From Patescibacteria group bacterium (GTDB taxonomy: Bacteria > Patescibacteriota > Minisyncoccia > UBA6257 > Colwellbacteraceae), in assembly GCA_023380475.1 (NCBI GenBank), contig JAMCRD010000006.1, positions 2,546 through 66,545 of the forward strand: DNA of 64,000 bases. Direction: 5' to 3'. The first letter of the stretch is position 1, and each line of letters opens with the position of its first letter. A model generated the notes under the pieces. The model was not told where the DNA came from. It saw only the letters and a program-made list of their open reading frames with translations, and searched no databases. Made by a program: the position numbers and the translations under genes. Positions 19,852-28,658 of this stretch are shown here, one piece after another.

Positions 19852-20674
19852 CTCTAGCGGTCAACTTAAAGAAGTTATTAAACAGCTCTGCAATTAATAT
19901 CGGGCCGGTACCGCCAGGTGTCGGGGTGTAAAAAGCTAGGCGCTTCCTGTCCTCATCAGTAAGCTGATCGGATGCAAAGTCACCAATGAGTTTGCCAGCG
20001 GTATTACGCCCGTAGCCGAAATCGATAAGTCCCGCCCCATCCTTAAGCATGGCTGGTTTGACCGTTCCGGCGGCGCCTGACCCGCAGATAACTAGGTCGG
20101 CCGCCTGAAGCGGCGAATAATCCCCACCGGTATCAACAACAGATAAGTTACCAACTTTCCCCAACAGCCATAGGCTGGCCGGCTTGCCTATCAACAACCC
20201 TGGTCCAACTACCGCCACACTCTTGCCGGCAAGGTTGAAATCAACAGCTTTGAGAACCTCCTCAATTGTGGCTACGGCTGGTGGGAGAACCAAGTTGCGG
20301 CCGGCATAGTAGGCGCCTAAGGCGCGTTCCCCCAACACATCGACATCCTTCTCGCGGGGAACAGCGTTCAAGACATAGTAGGGATTCGCCTTATTTGGCA
20401 ACGGCAGCTGGACTAAAAGGCCACCAACCGAATTTTGCAAAGCGATATGGCCGACTTCATGACGCAGTTTGTCCTGCGACCAATCTCCTGATAGATTGTA
20501 TCTTTTAAAACGCACACCGAGTTGTCGCCCCACTTTCTCTTTCTCTCTCAAGAAATTTTGGGAATCGGTATCGTCTCCCACTAAAACAGCCGCCAATATC
20601 TTGCCGGGAGGAGGGAGTTTTTTGAGCTGAGCGATCAGCTCCTGAGCAATCTTTTTACCGGGAATTTCCTGCAT
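19841..20674 (-). CDS. folD: Methylenetetrahydrofolate dehydrogenase/cyclohydrolase
   Basis: [23 protein letters not shown]. Confidence 0.9.
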   Translation of the reverse strand: MQEIPGKKIAQELIAQLKKLPPPGKILAAVLVGDDTDSQNFLREKEKVGRQLGVRFKRYNLSGDWSQDKLRHEVGHIALQNSVGGLLVQLPLPNKANPYYVLNAVPREKDVDVLGERALGAYYAGRNLVLPPAVATIEEVLKAVDFNLAGKSVAVVGPGLLIGKPASLWLLGKVGNLSVVDTGGDYSPLQAADLVICGSGAAGTVKPAMLKDGAGLIDFGYGRNTAGKLIGDFASDQLTDEDRKRLAFYTPTPGGTGPILIAELFNNFFKLTARATQ

Positions 20675-21861
20675 AGCTTTGAAACTTCTTTATCCACGCC
20701 TTTCACGCCTCTTAGACCATTAACAACCAGCCCGGCCAAAATCGCCATATCCTTTTCGCGCATACCCCTAGCAGTTACGGTCGGTGTGCCAATCCTCAAA
20801 CCAGAAGGACGAAAGGCTGATTTATCCTTTGGGATAGTGTTACGGTTAGCAATTATACCCAAACCTTCAAGACGTTTCTCGGCGGTTAGTCCATCCAATC
20901 CTAGGCCAGTCACGTCGGCTAAAATCAGATGGGTATCAGTCCCACCTGAGACCAGTCTCAAGCCATCGGCCTGCAGTGCCGTGGCGAGAGCCTTAGCGTT
21001 GGACACCACTTGCTTTATGTACTTCTTGAACTCAGGCTGGCTGTCTTCAAAGAAGGCGACTGCCTTGGCAGCGATGGCGTTATCGTGCGGCCCGCCCTGC
21101 AGGCCGGGGAAAACGGCCTGATCTATTTTGTCACCGAGATTGTATCTGCAAAACAGTACTGCTCCCCGTGGACCGCGCAGTGTCTTGTGAGTGGTGGTCA
21201 TGACGACATCAGCATAAGGGAAAGGTGAAGGATGCTCGCCGGTAGCCACCAAGCCAGCTATATGTGATATATCAGCCAAGTGATAGGCACCTATCCTTTT
21301 AGCAATAACACCTATGCGCTTGAAATCTATCTTCCGCGGATAAGCTGTGAAACCGGAGATTATAATTTTGGGTTTCTTCTCCACGGCTATCTTTTCTAGG
21401 GCATCGTAGTTAATGCGCTCTGTCTTTGGATCAATGGTGTAGTGTTCCGCTTTCCAGAACATGCCCGAAGCCGAGACGCTGTGGCCGTGAGTCAAATGGC
21501 CGCCGGACGACAGGCCAAGCCCCAAAAGAGTGTCGCCTGGATTCAGCAGGGCGGTGTATACAGCCAAGTTAGCCGGAGAACCGGAATAAGGCTGGACATT
21601 GACATGCCAGTTCTTAGGGTTCAATCTGAACAGCTTAATCGCCCGGTCCTGAGTCAGTTTTTCAAGCTTATCCACGTAGACATTCCCGGGATAGTAACGC
21701 CTGCCCGGATATCCTTCGGAATATTTATTGACAAACACGCTAGCCAAAGCTTTTCTCACAGCCGGCGACGCTATGTTCTCGGAAGCGATGAGGTCTATCG
21801 TGTCCTCTTGTCGCCTTGTCTCAAGCTCAGTCAGATGCCTTATCTCCCCGTCTTCCTTCAT
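20635..21861 (-). CDS. glyA: Serine hydroxymethyltransferase
   Basis: LIASEN, GGHLTHG, TTTHKTLRGPRG. Confidence 0.97.
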   Translation of the reverse strand: MKEDGEIRHLTELETRRQEDTIDLIASENIASPAVRKALASVFVNKYSEGYPGRRYYPGNVYVDKLEKLTQDRAIKLFRLNPKNWHVNVQPYSGSPANLAVYTALLNPGDTLLGLGLSSGGHLTHGHSVSASGMFWKAEHYTIDPKTERINYDALEKIAVEKKPKIIISGFTAYPRKIDFKRIGVIAKRIGAYHLADISHIAGLVATGEHPSPFPYADVVMTTTHKTLRGPRGAVLFCRYNLGDKIDQAVFPGLQGGPHDNAIAAKAVAFFEDSQPEFKKYIKQVVSNAKALATALQADGLRLVSGGTDTHLILADVTGLGLDGLTAEKRLEGLGIIANRNTIPKDKSAFRPSGLRIGTPTVTARGMREKDMAILAGLVVNGLRGVKGVDKEVSKLCRKFPVKRLLRS

Positions 21862-21920
21862 TACATGTTTAGTGTACGGCCAACCTCCTCCGACGAGCAA
21901 ACTAGTCGGGGTAGGAGCTA

Positions 21921-22595
21921 TTACCCGTTGGCCGGAAGGTGTATAGCGTTATCGGCTGTGAATTCACCCACTCTTGATCGCTCCAAATCAGCGAGGTAGG
22001 CGCCTGTGCCCAAACGCCGGCCAAGATCTCTAGCTAGAGCACGAATATAAGCGCCGGGACCCGTCACAATCCTTAAGGTAACGTACGGCCACGCATAGCT
22101 GATAACATCTATTTTCTTTATTTCTATTTGGCGAGGTTTTATTTCAAATTTCTCGCCACGGCGGGCACGTCTATAGGCCGCTTGGCCGTGTATTTTCACA
22201 GCGCTGACTTGAGGAGGAGTTTGTTGGATCACGCCGACAAACGAGGACAAAGCTTTGGTTACCGTATCCGTACTAGGCCGTAGATCCGGGCCTACTGCTT
22301 TCTTTGTCCCTTCCTCGTCATCAGTTGTACTTTCATAGCCCAATTTTACCTTGGCCAAGTACTCTTTCTCCTCGGCTACAGCCTTAGATAGGCTCTTGGT
22401 GGATTGGGACCCTATGCCAACAACCAGAATACCCGAAGCGAGAGGGTCAAGTGTGCCAGCGTGGCCGACGCGGCTAACGCCGGTAAGCCTGCGGATCTGA
22501 TTCAAAAAGATATGGGAGGTTGGTCCCTTTGGTTTCCAAAATGCGAATATGCCACCGGCGCGAAGTCGGTCTATGTCTATCGCCAGATGATTCAT
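21921..22595 (-). CDS. truB: tRNA pseudouridine(55) synthase, short form
   Basis: KPKGPTSH, VGHAGTLDPLASG, GAYIRALARDLG. Confidence 0.95.
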   Translation of the reverse strand: MNHLAIDIDRLRAGGIFAFWKPKGPTSHIFLNQIRRLTGVSRVGHAGTLDPLASGILVVGIGSQSTKSLSKAVAEEKEYLAKVKLGYESTTDDEEGTKKAVGPDLRPSTDTVTKALSSFVGVIQQTPPQVSAVKIHGQAAYRRARRGEKFEIKPRQIEIKKIDVISYAWPYVTLRIVTGPGAYIRALARDLGRRLGTGAYLADLERSRVGEFTADNAIHLPANG

Positions 22596-22598
22596 ATA

Positions 22599-22814
22599 TC
22601 ACTGATTGGTTGAAGAACTGATCGGCGGACCGCCAAGCTCGTTCAGCTGCTGCAATTCGTTGGTTGTCTTCTGATTATTCTCGATACGCTTGATCAGCGA
22701 GAGATAAAGGACGAAATACCAAACCAGGAAGCCGAGGATTAGAATGACTGCACTAGCTAACACAATGGATAGTATCCGCCTCCAATTTATCTCCCAAGAG
22801 AAAAATTTTCTCAT
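22599..22814 (-). CDS. Small single-TM hypothetical protein
   Basis: 71 aa, one TM helix, operonic with truB. Confidence 0.6.
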   Translation of the reverse strand: MRKFFSWEINWRRILSIVLASAVILILGFLVWYFVLYLSLIKRIENNQKTTNELQQLNELGGPPISSSTNQ

Positions 22815-22918
22815 CGCTTTTTAAGCCCTGTCTGGCTTAATTTAAAATATCAGCCATTCAGGTGTACCTCAACTAAGTATACTCTAAATACGTCGGCAAG
22901 AGCGCCGCACTAAGTATC

Positions 22919-23401
22919 TTACCGTCCAATTTTATTAAGGATAGTCCTTGCTGTCTCTTCCGGACTCTGCCTCGAGTTATCGATAACTTCACCGAAATCG
23001 GGCTTATTAAGCCCGATTTTATAGTGGTATTCGACCCTTTTCCGCTCGTCCTCCCTCAACTCTCTGCCACCGCGGTTCTTCAGAGCTTCACTAAGTTTTG
23101 GCGCTAAGGTAAAAGTATATACCGCTGCACCCAAATCTCCGATGTTGCTCATAATGTAATCGTAATTATTCCGGGACAATGGGTAAGGAACAATCACCTC
23201 GAGCCCCCTCAGCGAGAAATTTCTTATAAGAGAGACTGCATTCTCCAAGTTTAGCGGCACAGCTAGGTCTATAGGCATCCACCCCACCATTTCCCGGAGG
23301 GCATCTACTTCCAATAGTGCAGCGTTAGGCAGTTTTTGAGCCAAAATCTTGGCCACCGTGCTCTTGCCAGTGTTAATAGGACCACTGATGAGGATAATCA
23401 T
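22919..23401 (-). CDS. P-loop nucleoside/nucleotide kinase-like protein
   Basis: ISGPINTGKST Walker A, C-terminal IDNSRQSPEETA. Confidence 0.8.
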   Translation of the reverse strand: MIILISGPINTGKSTVAKILAQKLPNAALLEVDALREMVGWMPIDLAVPLNLENAVSLIRNFSLRGLEVIVPYPLSRNNYDYIMSNIGDLGAAVYTFTLAPKLSEALKNRGGRELREDERKRVEYHYKIGLNKPDFGEVIDNSRQSPEETARTILNKIGR

Positions 23402-23425
23402 TTTACACGGGAAGTTAGATCATAT

Positions 23426-23500
23426 TGGGGTGTCCAGAGGGAATCGAACCCTCATAGCCGCCTCCACAGGGCGGAGCTTTACCATTAAGCTATGGACACC
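23426..23500 (-). tRNA. tRNA-His(GTG)
   Basis: Reverse complement GGTGTCCATAGCTTAATGGTAAAGC...CTGTGGA...GGTTCGATTCC...CCCA, with G-1 and CCA. Confidence 0.95.
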
Positions 23501-23595
23501 ATCCGGAAAGGAGCTTACGCTTACTGCCCGCAAGCGGTCAATCCAGCTTCAAACCAATAATATCTGCACGTAAATAATATATAATTAGTTAACCT

Positions 23596-24231
23596 ATGAA
23601 AATACTTTCCACGACTTCTCTATCTATCCCAGACGTCAAAACAATCAAGTTCGAGCGCTTTATTGACGGTAGGGGGTTCTTCACCGAGCCATATAGAAAA
23701 AGTGACTTTGATAGCGACCTCGACCTCAAATTGTTTGGAGCCACCGGATTTGTACAGATGAATGAGAGTTTTTCCAATAAAAATGTGTGTCGTGGATTAC
23801 ACTTTCAGTGGAATCCGTTCATGGGAAAATTAGTACGCACGCTTTACGGACATATGATTGATATAATTCTAGACATAAGGAAAAACTCACCGACATTCGG
23901 CAAGGTCATTGCCTACGATATGCCGACAAGCACATCCGACACATCCAACGAATGGATCTGGGTTCCTCCAGGGTTTGCTCACGGCAACTATTTTGTAGAA
24001 AGTTCCAGAATAGAATATTTATGTTCCGGCGAGTACAGTCCCAACTGCGAGGCGGTTATTTCTCCCCTGTCTAAAGATCTTGATCTATCTTTATGCACCG
24101 ACGAAGCAAAGAGCTTACTGCAAGGAGCTATCCCATTGGCCATAATGAGCGATAAAGACAAAGGAGGTTTATCGCTGACTGAATGGGTAAGAGATCAGCG
24201 CTCTGATAATTTCATTTACGGTCGTTGCTAA
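23596..24231 (+). CDS. rfbC: dTDP-4-dehydrorhamnose 3,5-epimerase family
   Basis: DGRGFFTE, RGLHFQ, WVPPGFAHG. Confidence 0.88.
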   Translation: MKILSTTSLSIPDVKTIKFERFIDGRGFFTEPYRKSDFDSDLDLKLFGATGFVQMNESFSNKNVCRGLHFQWNPFMGKLVRTLYGHMIDIILDIRKNSPTFGKVIAYDMPTSTSDTSNEWIWVPPGFAHGNYFVESSRIEYLCSGEYSPNCEAVISPLSKDLDLSLCTDEAKSLLQGAIPLAIMSDKDKGGLSLTEWVRDQRSDNFIYGRC

Positions 24232-24246
24232 AACTTATTACAAGCA

Positions 24247-24975
24247 ATGGAAAAAACGAAACAGAAAAATATATTGTTCACTGGAGGCAACGGCCTTTTG
24301 GGCAGCGAGTTCCATAAAATACTACCCCATGCTTTATATCCGAGTAGAAAAGAGTTTGATGTCTCGAACATAAAACAAATGAGCAAATACTTAGGAAGCA
24401 AAGCGGTTAAAACAATAATCCACGCTGCTGCATTTACATCGCCGCCAAAAGTAGAAGCAGATCCAGAAGAGGCTATCACCACAAACATCTTGGGAACAGC
24501 GAACGTGGTGAGGCTTTGTCTGAAACGCAAGATAAAATTGGTCTATATTTCAACGGACTACGTTTTCAAGGGAGATAAAGGAAATTACAAGGAGGTAGAT
24601 CCTGTTTATCCGGTAAACAAGTATGCTTGGTCTAAATTGGGAGGCGAATGCGCTGTAAGAATGTACGACAACTCTGTAATAATCCGGACCACCTTCGGCC
24701 CAAACGTATTTCCTTACGAGAAAGCTTTTGCAGATCAGTGGACGAGCAGAGAATCCGTATCGGTTATCGCTGGCATGATACTTAAGGTAGTCAAATCCGG
24801 TTATACCGGCATAATTCACGTCGGCGGTAAAAGAAAAACCGTATATGATTATGCCAAGAGATTAAGTCCAGAGAAACACATAGGTAAACTTTATATAAGA
24901 GAAGTTTCGTTCTCTGTGCCAGCCGACACATCTTTGGATACAAAACTTTTTAGAAACGTTATCCATGATCGATAA
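24247..24975 (+). CDS. rfbD: RmlD-like sugar nucleotide reductase
   Basis: TGGNGLLG, ISTDYVFKG, YAWSK. Confidence 0.8.
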   Translation: MEKTKQKNILFTGGNGLLGSEFHKILPHALYPSRKEFDVSNIKQMSKYLGSKAVKTIIHAAAFTSPPKVEADPEEAITTNILGTANVVRLCLKRKIKLVYISTDYVFKGDKGNYKEVDPVYPVNKYAWSKLGGECAVRMYDNSVIIRTTFGPNVFPYEKAFADQWTSRESVSVIAGMILKVVKSGYTGIIHVGGKRKTVYDYAKRLSPEKHIGKLYIREVSFSVPADTSLDTKLFRNVIHDR

Positions 24976-25954
24976 GCTAAGAATTATGGTTGGAGGTGGC
25001 GCTGGGTATATAGGAAGCATATTAGTCCCGGAGCTATTGAGGCTGGGTCACAAAGTGACAGTTGTGGATTTGCTATGGTTCGGCAACCACTTACCTTCCG
25101 ATACTAAGATCATACAAAAGGATCTGTTCCATCTAGAAAAATCAGATCTAACCAATATAGATATATTTATATTCTTAGCCGGCCTTTCTAACGATCCAAT
25201 GGCAGAATTCAGCCCAGCTAAGAATTTCATATACAATGCGGCGCTACCAGCTTACTTAGCTTTTATAGCCAAACAGGCGGGGGTTAAACGTTACATATAC
25301 GCTTCATCGTGCTCTGTTTATGGTTACACTGATAACAGTTTATATGACGAAACTGCGCCAACCATATCCAGTTATCCCTACGGCATATCGAAGCTGCAAG
25401 GAGAAAAGGGGGTGTTTCAACTACAAGACAAGGACTTTTCTGTAATAGCCCTCAGACAAGGAACTGTAGGTGGCTATAGCCCTAGGATGCGTTTTGATCT
25501 GATAGTTAACACAATGTTTAAGACTGCTATAAAAGACGGGAAGATAACGATAAACAATCCCGCGATATGGAGACCGCTCTGCGACGTAAGAGACACGGCC
25601 GCAGCTTACGTTAAGGCGATACAACTGGATAGCCAAACTTCAGATGTCTTCAATATAGCATTGAGTAACTTCACTGTCGGTGAGATAGGAGAGGCTATTA
25701 AGAAGAAAATTGAAGAACTAACAAAAAAAAGTGTATTGATCGATGTAAAAAATGTTCAAGATTACCGCAACTATAAAGTATCTACAGACAAAGCTGCAAC
25801 AAAACTCGGATTCAAGGCGTCATTCTCAATAGCTGACACTATAGAGGAATTGTTTAGGCACATTGATCAATACCAAGATTTCGAAAAAGACGAGTTTTAC
25901 AACATACGTACCTTTAAGAAGATAGAGGGCGGGGGAGAACGCCAATACATCTAA
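24965..25954 (+). CDS. NAD-dependent epimerase/dehydratase (SDR)
   Basis: GGAGYIGS, ASSCSVYG, YGISK, RMRFDLIVN. Confidence 0.9.
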   Translation: MIDKLRIMVGGGAGYIGSILVPELLRLGHKVTVVDLLWFGNHLPSDTKIIQKDLFHLEKSDLTNIDIFIFLAGLSNDPMAEFSPAKNFIYNAALPAYLAFIAKQAGVKRYIYASSCSVYGYTDNSLYDETAPTISSYPYGISKLQGEKGVFQLQDKDFSVIALRQGTVGGYSPRMRFDLIVNTMFKTAIKDGKITINNPAIWRPLCDVRDTAAAYVKAIQLDSQTSDVFNIALSNFTVGEIGEAIKKKIEELTKKSVLIDVKNVQDYRNYKVSTDKAATKLGFKASFSIADTIEELFRHIDQYQDFEKDEFYNIRTFKKIEGGGERQYI

Positions 25955-25979
25955 ATAGGCACCATACTAATCTCTTGTA

Positions 25980-26054
25980 TGGTGCCGCGGGAGGGAATCG
26001 GACCCCCGACGCCAGCCTCTTCAGGGCTGCGCTCTACCACTGAGCTACCGCGGC
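25980..26054 (-). tRNA. tRNA-Phe(GAA)
   Basis: GCCGCGG acceptor stem, CTGAAGA anticodon loop, encoded CCA; T-loop reads GTCCGA. Confidence 0.92.
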
Positions 26055-26130
26055 GATAACAAAGACATGCTACACAAGATCAATCCATTCTTCAATGAAG
26101 GAGAGCAGATTGCTACATAGACAATAACTA

Positions 26131-27687
26131 TTATAGACTTGTAAAGTTCAACGGACTGCCCCCGTAGTTCAATGGATAGAACAGATCCGTCCTAAGGATA
26201 AAATAGGAGTTCGATTCTCTTCGGGGGCACCAAGTGAGAAATTGCAAATCCCCAGAAGTCGCCGCAGACGGCTGGGCGGCCAGTTCGTATTGTAATTTCG
26301 GGGCAAACGAGAATTCGCGGTTTCGCAAAATATGGTTCGAGCCGATGTTTTTGAGAAATGTTGTCATTGCAATTCCGTTATTCTCTTGAAGCAGTTTTGA
26401 GGCCTGATTGAGTGATAGAACGAACTCTCTCGCTGGTTCGAGCCACGACAGCCCTTTGTCCGCGAAATCGGATATTTTCTCCTGCAATCCGATTTTCCGA
26501 GAAAGCAGCTGTTCCTTCTTCGCGGCGTATTCGGTCTGGAACAGGGCGTCGGCAAGATAGGCATCGAGGAGTTTGGACAGCTTCGCCTCCACGCGGGCAA
26601 CTTCGTTTTTCAGAGTATCAATCTGCGCTCGCGCCTCCTCCCTTGCCTTGTCCCGTTCCGCCTCTAAGAGAGCTAACGCTTTCTCGGTATCATCGTCCGA
26701 CAAAGAAATTTTTTGCAGGAACGATTGTATATGCTCCGTCACTATCTCCTCGCGGAGATAGTGCTTTTCTTGGCACACGCCGCCTTTCTTTGTGCAACGA
26801 TAATAAGCATGGCCTTTCTGCATTTCGGCGGTGATGGAGCTTCCGCACGAGGCGCATTTCATAAGGCCGAGAAAAGCGAAATCATGCCGCTTCGTCTCAA
26901 TCGTCTTGCCGCGCTTTGCGCGCACCTCTTGGCAGAGGTCAAAAAGTTTCTTCGGGACAAGAGGTTCGTGGCGTCCCTCGTACAGTTCTCCGCGATACCG
27001 CATAAGGCCGTAATAGAAGGGGTTGGTTAAAATCTTCTGGATATTGCTAAGCGCAATCTCCTTGCCGAGGTTGCCTTTCAATCCTTGCTCTCGGCACCAA
27101 TCTACGAGGTCATGGAGCGTATAGCTTCCTATGGCGTAAAGCGCGAACAGCTTGCGGACAAGCGGGGCTTTCACGGGGTCAACATCAATCCCTCGCGTCC
27201 TCGGGTTGTTCAAGTAGCCAATCGGTGCCCAGCTCGGCCATACGCCGTTCCGTATCTTCTGCCGCAAGCCACGCTTTACGTTCTCCCGCAGGTTGTCCAC
27301 GAAGTATTTTGACTGCCCGAAGGCAATGTTGAGCATAAAGAGGCCTTGTGGTGTCGGCTCAAACCAGAACGTAGGGAACTTGAGGGACTTAATCAGGCCT
27401 CGGTCAATCATGTGGATGACCCGCCCGCCGTCCACGGAATTGCGGGCGAGGCGATCTGGGTGCCACGAGAGGATGCCCTGTGCCTTGCCGCGTTCCACGA
27501 ATGACAACATTTCAGCGAACTTAATACGGCCGGGTTCTTTGGCGGTCTTTGCCTCCTCAAAGGAAGCGACAATTTCAAGTTTTTCTTTGGCGGCAAATTC
27601 CCGAAGCTCCACCAGTTGAGCTTCTATGGACAGCACCTGCCCGTCGTCTTCTTCCGTTGATTTGCGAGCGTAGATTATGTATTTCAT
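26131..27687 (-). CDS. Large serine recombinase (integrase); its last ~32 codons run antisense through the tRNA
   Basis: YARKS catalytic motif, DRLARN, recombinase domain, zinc ribbon CASCG...YYRC...C, coiled coil. Confidence 0.95.
   Translation of the reverse strand: MKYIIYARKSTEEDDGQVLSIEAQLVELREFAAKEKLEIVASFEEAKTAKEPGRIKFAEMLSFVERGKAQGILSWHPDRLARNSVDGGRVIHMIDRGLIKSLKFPTFWFEPTPQGLFMLNIAFGQSKYFVDNLRENVKRGLRQKIRNGVWPSWAPIGYLNNPRTRGIDVDPVKAPLVRKLFALYAIGSYTLHDLVDWCREQGLKGNLGKEIALSNIQKILTNPFYYGLMRYRGELYEGRHEPLVPKKLFDLCQEVRAKRGKTIETKRHDFAFLGLMKCASCGSSITAEMQKGHAYYRCTKKGGVCQEKHYLREEIVTEHIQSFLQKISLSDDDTEKALALLEAERDKAREEARAQIDTLKNEVARVEAKLSKLLDAYLADALFQTEYAAKKEQLLSRKIGLQEKISDFADKGLSWLEPAREFVLSLNQASKLLQENNGIAMTTFLKNIGSNHILRNREFSFAPKLQYELAAQPSAATSGDLQFLTWCPRRESNSYFILRTDLFYPLNYGGSPLNFTSL
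26158..26232 (+). tRNA. tRNA-Arg(CCT), integration target
   Basis: GCCCCCG/CGGGGGC acceptor stem, GTCCTAA anticodon loop, AGTTCGATTC T-loop, CCA at 26230-26232. Confidence 0.92.
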
Positions 27688-27713
27688 CGTGTTAAAAATT
27701 TTCTTTTCCCAGT

Positions 27714-27812
27714 CGAAACCGCGAATTCTCGTTTGCCCCGAAATTACAATACGAACTGGCCGCCCAGCCGTCTGCGGCGACTTCTGGGGATTTGCAATTT
27801 CTCACTTGGTGC
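27714..27812. repeat. 99 bp inverted copy of 26227-26325
   Basis: Base-by-base reverse-complement match, no mismatch seen. Confidence 0.95.
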
Positions 27813-27897
27813 AGGACAATTGAGATAGCTCGAACGGTTTTTGACACCCCCACCGAGGCTAAATCTGAAACGCCCGACGTGGCGGAGCCGCACCGAT
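27809..27897. repeat. 89 bp inverted copy of 28659-28747
   Basis: Reverse-complement match with one mismatch (GACGTGG vs GACGCGG). Confidence 0.95.
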
Positions 27898-27966
27898 AAA
27901 GACCGCCAAAGAACCCGTTCCTAACATCGGCTCGAACCATATTTTGTGGGAAAAGAAAATTTTTAA
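27898..27966. repeat. Three short inverted fragments of the recombinase locus
   Basis: 27898-27917 = rc of 27531-27550; 27923-27946 = rc of 26326-26349; 27947-27966 = rc of 27692-27711. Confidence 0.9.
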
Positions 27967-27970
27967 TCAT

Positions 27971-28141
27971 ATGAAAAAAGCATTATTAATTATTTGTGAG
28001 TTTATAGCGACGGTAGTTATTTTCTTATTGATTTATAAATTTTTTAATTTATCAACAGCTTTACCAATATGGATTGTAATCGTCATCATTTTGATAAAAA
28101 CGACAATTAGCCACGACGGTAAAGACAAAGACGGGGCATAG
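27971..28141 (+). CDS. Small 2-TM cargo protein (56 aa)
   Basis: ATG at 27971 after the duplicated leader; AT-rich; two hydrophobic helices. Confidence 0.65.
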   Translation: MKKALLIICEFIATVVIFLLIYKFFNLSTALPIWIVIVIILIKTTISHDGKDKDGA

Positions 28142-28203
28142 GATTTTGAATATTGGTCAATCTGTTCCGCACCAATAAAGACACAAAGAAATAATTTTTA
28201 ACC

Positions 28204-28626
28204 ATGAAAAGATTAAAAAGTTTACTAGTGGTTTGGCTAGAAATTTTGGTCGGCGGCCTGATTTTAATTTTTGTGCCAGACATCAGATGGTTTCTGTTTT
28301 ATCTTTTAGTGATTGTTCTTATGACTTCGGTTATGCGAGCGGATTATCTGCGAAAGGTCGTCAGGGTGTTCCAAGTGGAGAATGGGGTTAATCTCGCTAG
28401 CATAGCCAAGAAACTCAACATATCGGAAGCAGAGATTCAGAAGTCCAGAGATGACCTTAGCGACAGCTTGCTGGACGACCAAAGAAAATCTTTGCATAAG
28501 GATATGGAAGAGCTTGGAATTTCCAGCCCCGAACGCTTTTACAGAAATCCAGTGGACGGCCTATCAGATACCGAAAGGGGTAAGAAATTCATGGATAAAG
28601 TTTTTAAGGACTTCGGGGATAACTAA
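28204..28626 (+). CDS. Hypothetical cargo membrane protein
   Basis: 140 aa, two N-terminal TMs, charged C-terminal domain. Confidence 0.75.
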   Translation: MKRLKSLLVVWLEILVGGLILIFVPDIRWFLFYLLVIVLMTSVMRADYLRKVVRVFQVENGVNLASIAKKLNISEAEIQKSRDDLSDSLLDDQRKSLHKDMEELGISSPERFYRNPVDGLSDTERGKKFMDKVFKDFGDN

Positions 28627-28658
28627 AATTTGCCGCCAAAGAAAAACTTGAAATTGTC
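28627..28658. repeat. 32 bp inverted copy of 27568-27599 (recombinase 5' coding region)
   Basis: AATTTGCCGCCAAAGAAAAACTTGAAATTGTC exact match. Confidence 0.9.

Noticed and set aside
27692-27970. 92 aa minus-strand ORF in the track
   Set aside because: It lies wholly over the inverted-repeat mosaic and starts from the duplicated leader; treated as a by-product.
28353-28360. AAAGGTCG inside cargo gene 2, and a similar match inside iscS
   Set aside because: Within coding sequence, lacks the final A and is not positioned before a start codon.
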